A stretch of 64,000 nucleotides of DNA from Eledone cirrhosa (Eukaryota). A program made the translations under genes and the position numbers. Numbering within the stretch: position 1 is the first letter of the stretch; each line of letters starts with the position of its first letter. The DNA lies in the NCBI GenBank assembly GCA_964016885.1, contig OZ024747.1:47864001-47928000 (forward strand), read 5' to 3'. The notes beneath the pieces are model-generated. The model saw nothing but the letters and a program-made list of their open reading frames with translations, searched no databases and was not told where the DNA came from. Below are positions 1-12,900 of this stretch, in pieces.

Positions 1-104
1 ATCCACTGTCCTTAGATAACGTTTTGTCTAGGGATCTAACAATTCTGCCAATCCACTGGCTTTAGATAAGATTTCGTCTGGGGATCTAACAATTCTGCCA
101 AACC

Positions 105-2083
105 ACTGCCCTCATAACATCTTGTCTGGCAATCTAACAATTCTGCCAATCCACTGTCCTTACAGAACATTTTGTCGGGGATCTAACAATTCTGCCAATC
201 TACTGTCCTTAGATAACATTTTGTCTGGGAATCTAACAATCCTGCCAATCCACTGTCCTTAGATAACATTTTGTCTGGGGATCTAACAATTCTGCCAATC
301 CACTGCCCTCAGATGGCATTTTGTTTGGGGATCTAACGATTCTGCGAATCAACTGCCCTCAGATAACATTTTGTTTGGGGATCTAACAATTCTGCCAATC
401 CACTGCGCTTAGATAACATTTTCTCTGGGGATCTAACAATTCTGCCAATCCACTGGCTTCAGATAACATTTTGTCTGGGGATCTAACAATTCTGCAAATC
501 CACTGTCCTTAGATAACATTTTATCTGGGGATCTAACAATTCTTCCAATCCACTGCCCTCAGATAACAATTTTGTCTGGCGATCTAACAGTTCTGCCATT
601 CCACTGCCTACACATAACATTTTGTCTGCCAATCCAGTCCTGAGATAACATTTTGTCTGGCAATCTAACAATTCTGCCAATCCACTGTCCTTAGATAACA
701 TTTTGTCTGGGGATCTAACAATTCTGCCAATCCACTGCCCTCAGATAACATTTTGTCTGGGGATCTAACGATTCTGCGAATCAACTGCCCTCCGATAACA
801 TTTTGTTTGGGGATCTAACAATTCTGCCAATCCACTGCCCTTAGATAACATTTTCTCTGGGGGTCTAAGAATTCTGCCAATCCACTGGCCTCAGATAACA
901 TTTTGTCTGGGGATCTAACAATTCTGCAAATCCACTGTCTTAGATAACATTTTGTCTGGGGATCTAACAATTTTGCCAATCCACTGTCCTTAAATAAAAT
1001 TTTGTCTGGGGATGTAACAATTCTTCCAATCCACTGCCCTCAGATAACAATTTTGTCTGGCGATCTAACAGTTCTGCCAATCCACTGCCTACACAACATT
1101 GTCTGCCAATCCAGTCCTTAGATAACATTTTGTTTGGCAATCTAACAATTCTGCCAATCCACTGTCCTTAGATAACATTTTGTCTGGGGATCTAACAATT
1201 CTTCTAATCCACTGCCCTCGGGTAACATTTTGTTTGGGGATCTAACAATTCTGCCAATCCACTGCCCTCATAACATCTTGTCTGGCAATCTAACAATTCT
1301 GCCAATCCACTGTCCTTACAGAACATTTTGTCGGGGATCTAACAATTCTGCCAATCTACTGTCCTTAGATAACATTTTGTCTGGGAATCTAACAATCCTG
1401 CCAATCCACTGTCCTTAGATAACATTTTGTCTGGGGATCTAACAATTCTGCCAATCCACTGCCCTCAGATGGCATTTTGTTTGGGGATCTAACGATTCTG
1501 CGAATCAACTGCCCTCAGATAACATTTTGTTTGGGGATCTAACAATTCTGCCAATCCACTGCGCTTAGATAACATTTTCTCTGGGGATCTAACAATTCTG
1601 CCAATCCACTGGCTTCAGATAACATTTTGTCTGGGGATCTAACAATTCTGCAAATCCACTGTCCTTAGATAACATTTTATCTGGGGATCTAACAATTCTT
1701 CCAATCCACTGCCCTCAGATAACAATTTTGTCTGGCGATCTAACAGTTCTGCCATTCCACTGCCTACACATAACATTTTGTCTGCCAATCCAGTCCTGAG
1801 ATAACATTTTGTCTGGCAATCTAACAATTCTGCCAATCCACTGTCCTTAGATAACATTTTGTCTGGGGATCTAACAATTCTGCCAATCCACTGCCCTCAG
1901 ATAACATTTTGTCTGGGGATCTAACGATTCTGCGAATCAACTGCCCTCCGATAACATTTTGTTTGGGGATCTAACAATTCTGCCAATCCACTGCCCTTAG
2001 ATAACATTTTCTCTGGGGGTCTAAGAATTCTGCCAATCCACTGGCCTCAGATAACATTTTGTCTGGGGATCTAACAATTCTGC
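105..2083 (+). repeat. Tandem duplication with 1156-bp period (one full and one partial unit)
   Basis: Rare variant CTCATAACATCTTG at 111 and 1267; AGATGGCATT and GGGGGTCTAAGAATT recur at the same offset; identical ORF translations at 483..701 and 1639..1857. Confidence 0.93.
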
Positions 2084-3344
2084 CAATTAACTGCCCTTAG
2101 ATAACATTTTGTTTGGGAATCTAACAATTCTGCCAATCCACTGTCCTTAGATAACCTTTTGTCTGGGATCTAACAATTCTGCCAATCCACTGTCCTAAGA
2201 TAACGTTTTGTCTAGGGATCTAACAATTCTGCCAATCCACTGTCTTTAGATAAAGATTTTGTCTGGGGATCTAACAATTCTGCCCATCCCCTGTCCTTAA
2301 ATAACATTTTGTCTGGCAATCTAACAATTCTGCCAATCCACTGCCCTCAGATATTTTTTCTGGGAATCGAACTATTCTGCCATTCCACAAGCCTCAGATA
2401 ACATTTTGTCTGGGGATCTAACAATTCTGCCAATCCATTGCCCTTAGATATTTTGTCTGGGGATCTAACAATTCTGTCAATCCACTGTCCTTAGATAACA
2501 TTTTGTCTGGGGATCTAACAATTCTGCCAATCCACTGCCCTCAGATAACATTTTGTTTGGGGATCTAAAGATTCTGCGAATCAACTGCCCTTAGATAACA
2601 TTTTGTTTGGGGATGTAACGATTCTGCCAATCCACTGCCTACACATAACATTTTGTCTGGCAATCTAACAATTCTGCCAATCCACTGCCCTCAGATAACA
2701 TTTTGTTTGGGGATCTAACGATTCTGCGAATCAACTGCCCTCAAATAACATTTTGTTTGAGGATCGAACGATTCTGCGAATCAACTGCCCTCAGTTAAAA
2801 TTTTGTTTGGTGATCTAACAATTCTGCCAATCCACTGCCCTTAGATAACATTTTCTCTGGGGATCTAACAATTCTGCCAATCCACTGGCCTCAGATAACA
2901 TTTTGTCTGGGGATCTAACAATTCTGCAAATCCACTGTCCTTAGATAACATTTTATCTGTGGATCTAACAATTCTGCCAATCCACTGTCCTTAGATAACA
3001 TTTTGTCTGGGGATCTAACAATTCTTCCAATCCACTGCCCTCAGATAACAATTTTGTCTGGCCATCTAACAGTTCTTCCAATCCACTGCCTACACATAAC
3101 ATTTTGTCTGGCAATCTAACAATTCTGCCAATCCACTGTCCTTAGATAACATTTTGTCTGGCAATCTAACAATTCTGCCAATCCACTGCCCTCAGATAAC
3201 ATTTTGTCTGGGGATCTAACAATTCTGCCAATCAACTGCCCTCAGATAACATTTTGTGTGGGGATCTAACAATTCTGACAATCAACTGCCCTCAGGTAAC
3301 ATTTTGTTTGGGGATCTAACAATTCTGCCAATCCACTGCCCTCA

Positions 3345-6300
3345 GATAACATTTTGTCTGGGGATCTAACAATTCTGCCAATCCACTGCCCTCAGATAAC
3401 ATTTTGTCTGGGGATCTAACAATTCTGCCAATCCACTGCCCTCAAACAACATTTTGTCTGGCAATCTAACAATTATGCCAATCCTCTGCCCTCATAACAT
3501 TTTGTCTGGCAATCTAATAATTCTGCCAATTCACTGCCCTCAGATAACATTTTGTCAGGGGATCTAACAATTCTGGCAATCCACTTGCCTCAGATAATAT
3601 TTTGTCTGGGAATCTAACAATTCTGCCAATCCATTGCCCTCAGAAAACATTTTGTCTGGGGATCTAACAATTCTGCCAATTCACTGCTCTAATATAACAT
3701 TTTGTGTGGGGATCTAACAATTCTGCCAATCAACTGCCCTTAGATAACATTTTGTCTGGGGATCTAACAACTCTTCTAATTCTCTGCCCTCAGATAACAT
3801 TTTGTCTGGCAATCTTACAATTCTGCCAATCAACAACCCTCAGATAACATTTTGTCTGGCAATGTAACAATTATGCCAATCCACTGTCCTTAAATGACAT
3901 TTTGTCTGGCAATCTAACAATTCTGCCAATCCACTGCCCTTAGATATTTTGTCTGGGGATCTAACAATTCTGTCAATCCACTGTCCTTAGATAACATTTT
4001 GTCTGGGGATCTAACAATTCTGCCAATCCACTGCCCTTAGATAACATTTTCTCTGGGGATCTAACAATTCTGCCAATCCACTGCCCTCAGATAACATTTT
4101 GTCTGGCAATCTAACAATTCTGCCAATCCACTGCCCTCAGATAACATTTTGTCTGGGGATCTAACAATTCTGCCAATCCACTGCCCTCAAACAACGTTTT
4201 GTCTGGCAATCTAACAATTATGCCAGTCCTCTGCCCTCATAACATTTTGTCTGGCAATCTAATAATTCTGCCAATCCACTGCGCTCAGATAACATTTTGT
4301 CAGGGGATCTAACAATTCTGCCAATCCACTTGCCTCAGATAATATTTTGTCTGGGAATCTAACAATTCTGCCAATCCATTGCCCTCAGAAAACATTTTGT
4401 CTGGGGATCTAACAATTCTGCCAATCAACTGAGCTCAGATAACATTTTGTGTGGTAATCTAACAATTCTGCCAATCCACTGTCCTTAGATAAGATTTTGT
4501 CTGGGGATCTAACAATTCTGCCAATTCACTGCTCTAATATAACATTTTGTGTGGGGATCTAACAATTCTGCCAATCAACTGCCCTCAGATAACATTTTGT
4601 TTGGGGATCTAACAATTCTGTCAATCCACTGTCCTTAGATAACCTTTTGTCTGGGCATCTAACAATTCTGCCAATCCACTGTCCTTAGATAACGTTTTGT
4701 CTAGGGATCTAACAATTCTGACAATCCACTGTCTTTAGATAAGATTTTGTCTGGGGATCTAACAATTCCGCCAATCCAGTCCTTAGATAACATTTTGTCT
4801 GGCAATCGGACAATTCTGCCAATCCACTGTCCTTAAATAAGATTTTGTCTGGCAATCCAACAATTCTGCCAATCCACAGCTCTTAGATAACATTTTCTCT
4901 GCGGATCTAACAATTCTGCCAATCCACTGGCCTCAGATAACATTTTGTCTGGGGATCTAACAATTCTGCCAATCCACTGCCCTCAGATAACATTTTGTCT
5001 GGCGATCTAACAATTCTGCTAATCAACTGCCCTCAGATAACATTTTGTTTGGGGATCTAACGATTGTGCGAATCAACTGCCCTCAGATAACATTTTGTTT
5101 GGGGATCTAACAATTCTGCCAATCCAGTCCTTAGAAAATATTTTGCGTGGGGATCTAACAATTCTTCTAATCCACTGCCCTCAGATAACATTTTGTCTGG
5201 CAATCTAACAATTCTGCCAATCTACTGTCCTTAGATAACATTTCGTCAGGGGATCTAACAATTCTGCCAATCCACTGTCCTTAGATAACATTTTGTCTGG
5301 GGATCTAACAATTGTGCCAATCCACTGTCCTTAGATAACATTTTGTCGGGGATCTAACGATTCTGCGAATCAACTGCCCTCAGATAACATTTTGTTTGGG
5401 GATCTAACGATTCTGCGAATCAACTGCCCTCAGATATCATTTTGTTTGGGGATCTAATAATTCTGCCAATGCACTGGCCTCAGATAACATTTTGTCTGGG
5501 GATCTAACAATTCTGCCAATCCACTGTCCTTAGATAACATTTTGTCTGGTAATCTAACAATTCTGCCAATCCACTGGCCTCAGATAACATTTTGTCTGGC
5601 GATCTAACAGTTCTGCCAATCCACTGCCTACACATAACATTTTGTCTGCCAATCCAGTCCTTAGATATCATTTTGTCTGGCAATCTAACAATTCTGCCAA
5701 TCCACTGTCCTTAGATAACATTTTGTCTGGCAATGTAACAATTCTGCAAATCCACAGCCCTCAGGTAACATTTTGTTTGGGGATCTAACAATTCTGCCAA
5801 TCCACTGCCCTCAGATAACATTTTGTCTGGGGATCTAACAATTCTGCCAATTCACTGTCCTTAGATAACATTTTGTCTGGGGATCTAACAATTCTGTAAA
5901 TTCACTCTCTCAGATAACATTTTGTCAGGTAATCTAACAATTCTGCCAATCCACTGTCCTTAGATAACATTTTGTCTGGGGATCTAACAATTCTGCCAAT
6001 CCACTGCCCTCAGATAACATTTTGTCTGGGGATCTAACAATTCTGCCAATCCACTGCCCTCAAACAACATTTTGTCTGGCAATCTAACAATTATGCCAAT
6101 CCTCTGCCCTCATAACATTTTGTCTGGCAATCTAATAATTCTGCCAATTCACTGCCCTCAGATAACATTTTGTCAGGGGATCTAACAATTCTGGCAATCC
6201 ACTTGCCTCAGATAATATTTTGTCTGGGAATCTAACAATTCTGCCAATCCATTGCCCTCAGAAAACATTTTGTCTGGGGATCTAACAATTCTGCCAATTC

Positions 6301-8670
6301 ACTGCTCTAATATAACATTTTGTGTGGGGATCTAACAATTCTGCCAATCAACTGCCCTTAGATAACATTTTGTCTGGGGATCTAACAATTCTTCTAATTC
6401 TCTGCCCTCAGATAACATTTTGTCTGGCAATCTTACAATTCTGCCAATCAACAACCCTCAGATAACATTTTGTCTGGCAATGTAACAATTATGCCAATCC
6501 ACTGTCCTTAAATGACATTTTGTCTGGCAATGTAACAATTCTGCCAATCCACTGCCCTTAGATATTTTGTCTGGGGATCTAACAATTCTGTCAATCCACT
6601 GTCCTTAGATAACATTTTGTCTGGGGATCTAACAATTCTGCCAATCCACTGCCCTTAGATAACATTTTCTCTGGGGATCTAACAATTCTGCCAATCCACT
6701 GCCCTCAGATAACATTTTGTCTGGCAAACTAACAATTCTGCCAATCCACTGCCCTCAGATAACATTTTGTCTGGGGATCTAACAATTCTGCCAATCCACT
6801 GCCCTCAAACAACGTTTTGTCTGGCAATCTAACAATTATGCCAATCCTCTGCCCTCATAACATTTTGTCTGGCAATCTAATAATTCTGCCAATCCACTGC
6901 CCTCAGATAACATTTTGTCAGGGGATCTAACAATTCTGCCAATCCACTTGCCTCAGATAATATTTTGTCTGGGAATCTAACAATTCTGCCAATCCATTGC
7001 CCTCAGAAAACATTTTGTCTGGGGATCTAACAATTCTGCCAATCAACTGAGCTCAGATAACATTTTGTGTGGTAATCTAACAATTCTGCCAATCCACTGT
7101 CCTTAGATAAGATTTTCTCTGGGGATCTAACAATTCTGCCAATTCACTGCTCTAATATAACATTTTGTGTGGGGATCTAACAATTCTGCCAATCAACTGC
7201 CCTCAGATAACATTTTGTTTGGGGATCTAACAATTCTGTCAATCCACTGTCCTTAGATAACCTTTTGTCTGGGCATCTAACAATTCTGCCAATCCACTGT
7301 CCTTAGATAACGTTTTGTCTAGGGATCTAACAATTCTGACAATCCACTGTCTTTAGATAAGATTTTGTCTGGGGATCTAACAATTCCGCCAATCCAGTCC
7401 TTAGATAACATTTTGTCTGGCAATCGGACAATTCTGCCAATCCACTGTCCTTAAATAAGATTTTGTCTGGCAATCCAACAATTCTGCCAATCCACAGCTC
7501 TTAGATAACATTTTCTCTGCGGATCTAACAATTCTGCCAATCCACTGGCCTCAGATAACATTTTGTCTGGGGATCTAACAATTCTGCCAATCCACTGCCC
7601 TCAGATAACATTTTGTCTGGCGATCTAACAATTCTGCTAATCAACTGCCCTCAGATAACATTTTGTTTGGGGATCTAACGATTGTGCGAATCAACTGCCC
7701 TCAGATAACATTTTGTTTGGGGATCTAACAATTCTGCCAATCCACAGTCCTTAGAAAATATTTTGCGTGGGGATCTAACAATTCTTCTAATCCACTGCCC
7801 TCAGATAACATTTTGTCTGGCAATCTAACAATTCTGCCAATCTACTGTCCTTAGATAACATTTCGTCAGGGGATCTAACAATTCTGCCAATCCACTGTCC
7901 TTAGATAACATTTTGTCTGGGGATCTAACAATTGTGCCAATCCACTGTCCTTAGATAACATTTTGTCGGGGATCTAACGATTCTGCGAATCAACTGCCCT
8001 CAGATAACATTTTGTTTGGGGATCTAACGATTCTGCGAATCAACTGCCCTCAGATATCATTTTGTTTGGGGATCTAATAATTCTGCCAATGCACTGGCCT
8101 CAGATAACATTTTGTCTGGGGATCTAACAATTCTGCCAATCCACTGTCCTTAGATAACATTTTGTCTGGTAATCTAACAATTCTGCCAATCCACTGGCCT
8201 CAGATAACATTTTGTCTGGCGATCTAACAGTTCTGCCAATCCACTGCCTACACATAACATTTTGTCTGCCAATCCAGTCCTTAGATATCATTTTGTCTGG
8301 CAATCTAACAATTCTGCTAATCCACTGTCCTTAGATAACATTTTGTCTGGCAATCTAACAATTCTGCAAATCCACAGCCCTCAGGTAACATTTTGTTTGG
8401 GGATCTAACAATTCTGCCAATCCACTGCCCTCATATAACATTTTGTCTGGGGATCTAACAATTCTGCCAATTCACTGTCCTTAGATAACATTTTGTCTGG
8501 GGATCTAACAATTCTGTAAATTCACTCTCTCAGATAACATTTTGTCAGGTAATCTAACAATTCTGCCAATCCACTGTCCTTAGATAACATTTTGTCTGGG
8601 GATCTAACAATTCTGCCAATCCACTGCCCTCAGATAACATTTTGTCTGGGGATCTAACAATTCTGCCAAT
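3345..8670 (+). repeat. Tandem duplication with ~2618-2620-bp period (two near-identical units)
   Basis: CAAACAAC at 3443 and 6061; ATTGTGCG at 5063 and 7681; offset shifts to 2620 after a 2-bp indel (CCAGTCC near 5124 vs CCACAGTCC near 7742). Confidence 0.92.
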
Positions 8671-9939
8671 CCATTGCCCTCAGATAACGTTTTGCGTGGG
8701 GATCTAACAATTCTAATCCACTGCCCTCAGATAACATTTTGTCTGGCAATCTAACAATTCTACCAATCCATTGCACTCATAACATTTTGTCTGGCAATCT
8801 AACAATGCTGCCAATCTACTGTCCTTAGATAACATTTTGTATGGCAATCTAACAATTCTGCCAATCCACTGTCCTTATATAACATTTTGTCTGGCAATCT
8901 AACAATTCTGCCAATCCACTGCCCTCAGATAACATTTTGTCTGGGGATCTAACAATTCTGCCAATCCACTGTCCTTAGAAAACATTTTGTCTGGGGATCT
9001 AACCATTCTACCAATCCAATCCTTAGATAACATTTTGTCTGGCAATCTAACAACTCTGCCAATCCACTGCCCTCAGATAACATTTTCTTTGGGGATCTAA
9101 CAATTCTGCCAATCCACTGCCCCCAGATAACATTTTCTCTGGGTGTCTAACAATTCTGCCAATCCACTGTCCTTACATAAAATTTTGTCTGGGGATCTAA
9201 CAATTCTGCCAATCCACTGTCCTTAGATAACGTTTTGTCTAGGGATCTAACAATTCTGCCAATCCACTGACTTTAGATAAGATTTTGTCTGGGGATCTAA
9301 CAATTCTGCCAATCCAGTCCTTAAATAACATTTTGTCTGGCAATCGGACAATTCTGCCAATCCACTGTCCTTAGATAAGATTTTGTCTGGCAATCCAACA
9401 ATTCTGCCAATCCACTGCCCTTAGATAACATTTTCTCTGGGGATCTAACAATTCTGCCAATCCACTGGCCTCAGATAACATTTTGTCTGGGGATCTAACA
9501 ATTCTGCCAATCCACTGTTCTTAGATAACATTTTGTCTGGGGATCTAACAATTCTGTAAATTCACTATCTCAGATAACATTTGTTCTGGTAATCTAACAA
9601 TTCTGCCAATCCACTGTCCTTACATAACATTTTGTCAGGGGATCTAACAATTCTGCCAATCCACTGCCCTCAGATAACATTTTGTCTGGCGATCTAACAG
9701 TTCTGCAAATCCACTGCCTACACATAACATTTTGTCTGCCAATCGAGTCCTTAGATAACATTTTGTCTGACAATCTAACAATTCTGCCAATCCACTGTCC
9801 TTAGATAACATTTTGTCTGGCAATCTAACAATTCTGACAATCAACTGCCCTCAGGTAACATTTTGTTTGGGGATCTAACAATTCTGCCAATCCACTGCCC
9901 TCAGATAACAATTTGTTTGGAGATCTAACAATTCTGCCA

Positions 9940-12900
9940 ATCTACTGTCCTTAGATAACATTTTGTCTGGGGATCTAACAATTCTGCCAATCCACTGCCC
10001 TCAGATAACATTTTGTTTGGGGATCTAACGATTCTGCTAATCAACTGCCCTCAGATAACATTTTGTTTGGGGATCTAACAATTCTGCCAATCCACTGCGC
10101 TTAGATAACATTTTTCTGGGGATCTAACAATTCTGCCAATCCACTGGCCTCAAATAAACTTTTGTCTGGGGATCTAACAATTCTGCAAATCCAGTCCTTA
10201 GATAACATTTTGTCTGGGAATCTAACAATTCTGCCAATCCACTGTCCTTAGATAACATTTTGTCTGCGGATCTAACAATTCTTCCAATCCACTGCCCTCA
10301 GATAACAATTTTGTCTTGCGATCTAACAGTTCTGCCAATCCACTGCCTACACATAACATTTTGTCATCCAATCCAGTCCTTAGATAACATTTTGTTTGGG
10401 GATCTAACAATTCTGCCAATCCACTACCCTCAGATAACAATTTTGACTGGCGATCTAACAGTTCTGCCAATCCACTGCCTACACATAACATTTTGTCATC
10501 CAATCCATTGCCCTCAGATAACGTTTTGTCTGGTAATCTAACTATTCTGCCAATCCACTGTCCTTAGAAAACATTTTGCGTAGGGATCTAACAATTCTTC
10601 TAATCCACTGCCCTCAGATAACATTTTGTCTGGCAATCTAACAATTCTACCAATCCACTGCACTCATAACATTTTGTCTGGCAATCTAACAATTCTGCCA
10701 ATCCACTGTCCTTAGATAACATTTTGTCTGGCAATCTAACAATTCTGCCAATCCACTGCCCTCATATAACATTTTGTTTGGGGATCTAACAATTCTGCCA
10801 ATCCACTGTCCTTAGATAACCTTTTGTCTGGGGATCTAACAATTCTGCCAATCTACTGTCCTAAGATAACGTTTTGTCTAGGGATCTAACAATTCTGCCA
10901 ATCCACTGTCTTTAGATAAAGATTTTGTCTGGGGATCTAACAATTCTGCCAATCCAGTCCTTAGATAAAATTTTGTCTGGCAATCGGATAATTCTGCCAA
11001 TCCACTGCCCTCAGATAACATTTTGTCCGGGGATCTAACAATTCTGACAATCAACTGCCCTCAGGTAACATTTTGTTTGGGGATCTAACAATTCTGCCAA
11101 TCCACTGTCCTTAGAAAACATTTTGTCTGGGGATCTAACAATTCTACCAATCCAATCCTTAGATAACATTTTGTCTGGGGATCCAACAATTCTGCCAATC
11201 CACTGCCCTCAGATAACATTTTCTTTGGGGATCTAACAATTCTGCCAATCCACTGTCCTTAGATAACGTTTTGTCTAGGGATCTAAAAATTCTGCCAATC
11301 CACTGACTTTAGATAAGATTTTGTCTGGGGATCTAACAATTCTGCCAATCCACTGTCCTTACAGGACATTTTGTCGGGGATCTAACAATTCTGCCAATCT
11401 ACTGTCCTTAGATAACATTTTGTCTGGGAATCTAACAATCCTGCCAATCCACTGTCCTTAGATAACATTTTGTCTGGGGATCTAACAATTCTGCCAACCA
11501 CTGCCCTCAGATAGCATTTTGTTTGGGGATCTAACGATTCTGCGAATCAACTGCCCTCAGATAACATTTTGTTTGGGGATCTAACAATTCTGCCAATCCA
11601 CTGCGCTTAGATAACATTTTCTCTGGGGATCTAACAATTCTGCCAATCCACTGGCCTCAGATAACATTTTGTCTGGGGATCTAACAATTCTGCAAATCCA
11701 CTGTCCTTAGATAACATTTTGTCTGGGGATCTAACAATTCTGCCAATCCACTGTCCTTAGATAACATTTTGTCTGGGGATCTAACAATTCTTCCAATCCA
11801 CTGCCCTCAGATAACAATTTTGTCTGGCGATCTAACAGATCTGCCATTCCACTGCCTACACATAACATTTTGTCTGCCAATCCAGTCCTTAGATAACATT
11901 TTTCTGGCAATCTAACAATTCTGCCAATCCACTGTCCTTAGATAACATTTTGTCTGGCAATCTAACAATTCTGCCAATCCACTGCCCTCAGATAACATTT
12001 TGTCTGGGGATCTAACAATTCTGCCAATCAACTGCCCTCAGATAACATTTGGTGTGGGGATCTAACAATTCTGATAATCAACTGCCCTCAGGTAACATTT
12101 TGTTTGGGGATCTAACAATTATGCCAATCCACTGCCCTCAGATAACATTTTGTCCTGGGATCTAACAATTCTTCCAATCCACTGCCCTCATATATTTTGT
12201 CTGGCAAGCTAACAATTCTGCCAATCCACTGCCCTCATAACATTTTGTATGGCACTCTAACAATTCTGCCAATCCACAGCCCTCAGATAACATTTTGTTT
12301 GGCGATCTAACAATTCTGCCAATCCACTGCCTACACATAACATTTTGTCTGCCAATCCAGTCCTTAGATAACATTTTGTCTGGCAATCTAACAATTCTGC
12401 CAATCCACTTCCTTAGATAACATTTTGTCTGCCAATCTAACAATTCTGCCAATCCACAGCCATCAGGTAACATTTTGTCTGGAGATCTAGCAATTCTGCC
12501 AATCAACTGCCCTCAGATAACATTTTGTGTGGGGATCTAACAATTCTGACAATCAACTGCCCACAGGTAACGGTTTGTTTGGGGATCTAACAATTCTGCC
12601 AATCCACTGCCCTCAGATAACATTTTGTCGGGGATCCAACAATTCTGCCAATCCACTTTCCTTACATAACTTTTTGTCTGGGGATCTAACAATTCTGCCA
12701 ATCCACTGTCCTTACAGAACATTTTGTCGGGGATCTAACAATTCTGCCAATCTACTGTCCTTAGATAACATTTTGTCTGGGAATCTAACAATCCTGCCAA
12801 TCCACTGTCCTTAGATAACATTTTGTCTGGGGATCTAACAATTCTGCCAATCCACTGCCCTCAGATAACATTTTGTTTGGGGATCTAACGATTCTGCGAA

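Noticed and set aside
658-680. Full palindromic NFI site from TGGCA..TGCCA
   Set aside because: The half-sites are separated by 12 bp, far from the TTGGC-N5-GCCAA spacing, and occur only in GGCA-type monomers.
709-758. Satellite-encoded hammerhead ribozyme
   Set aside because: Neither strand of the consensus has the CUGANGA plus GAAA catalytic core (the - strand reads CTGAGGG or CTAAGGA).
709-758. CENP-B box or alpha-satellite identity
   Set aside because: The consensus lacks CpG and the TTCG-N4-A-N2-CGGG pattern; the monomer is 50 bp, not ~171 bp.
709-762. G-quadruplex or telomeric repeat
   Set aside because: There is only one G-run per 50 bp on each strand, too widely spaced for a canonical G4, and no TTAGGG-type tandem units.
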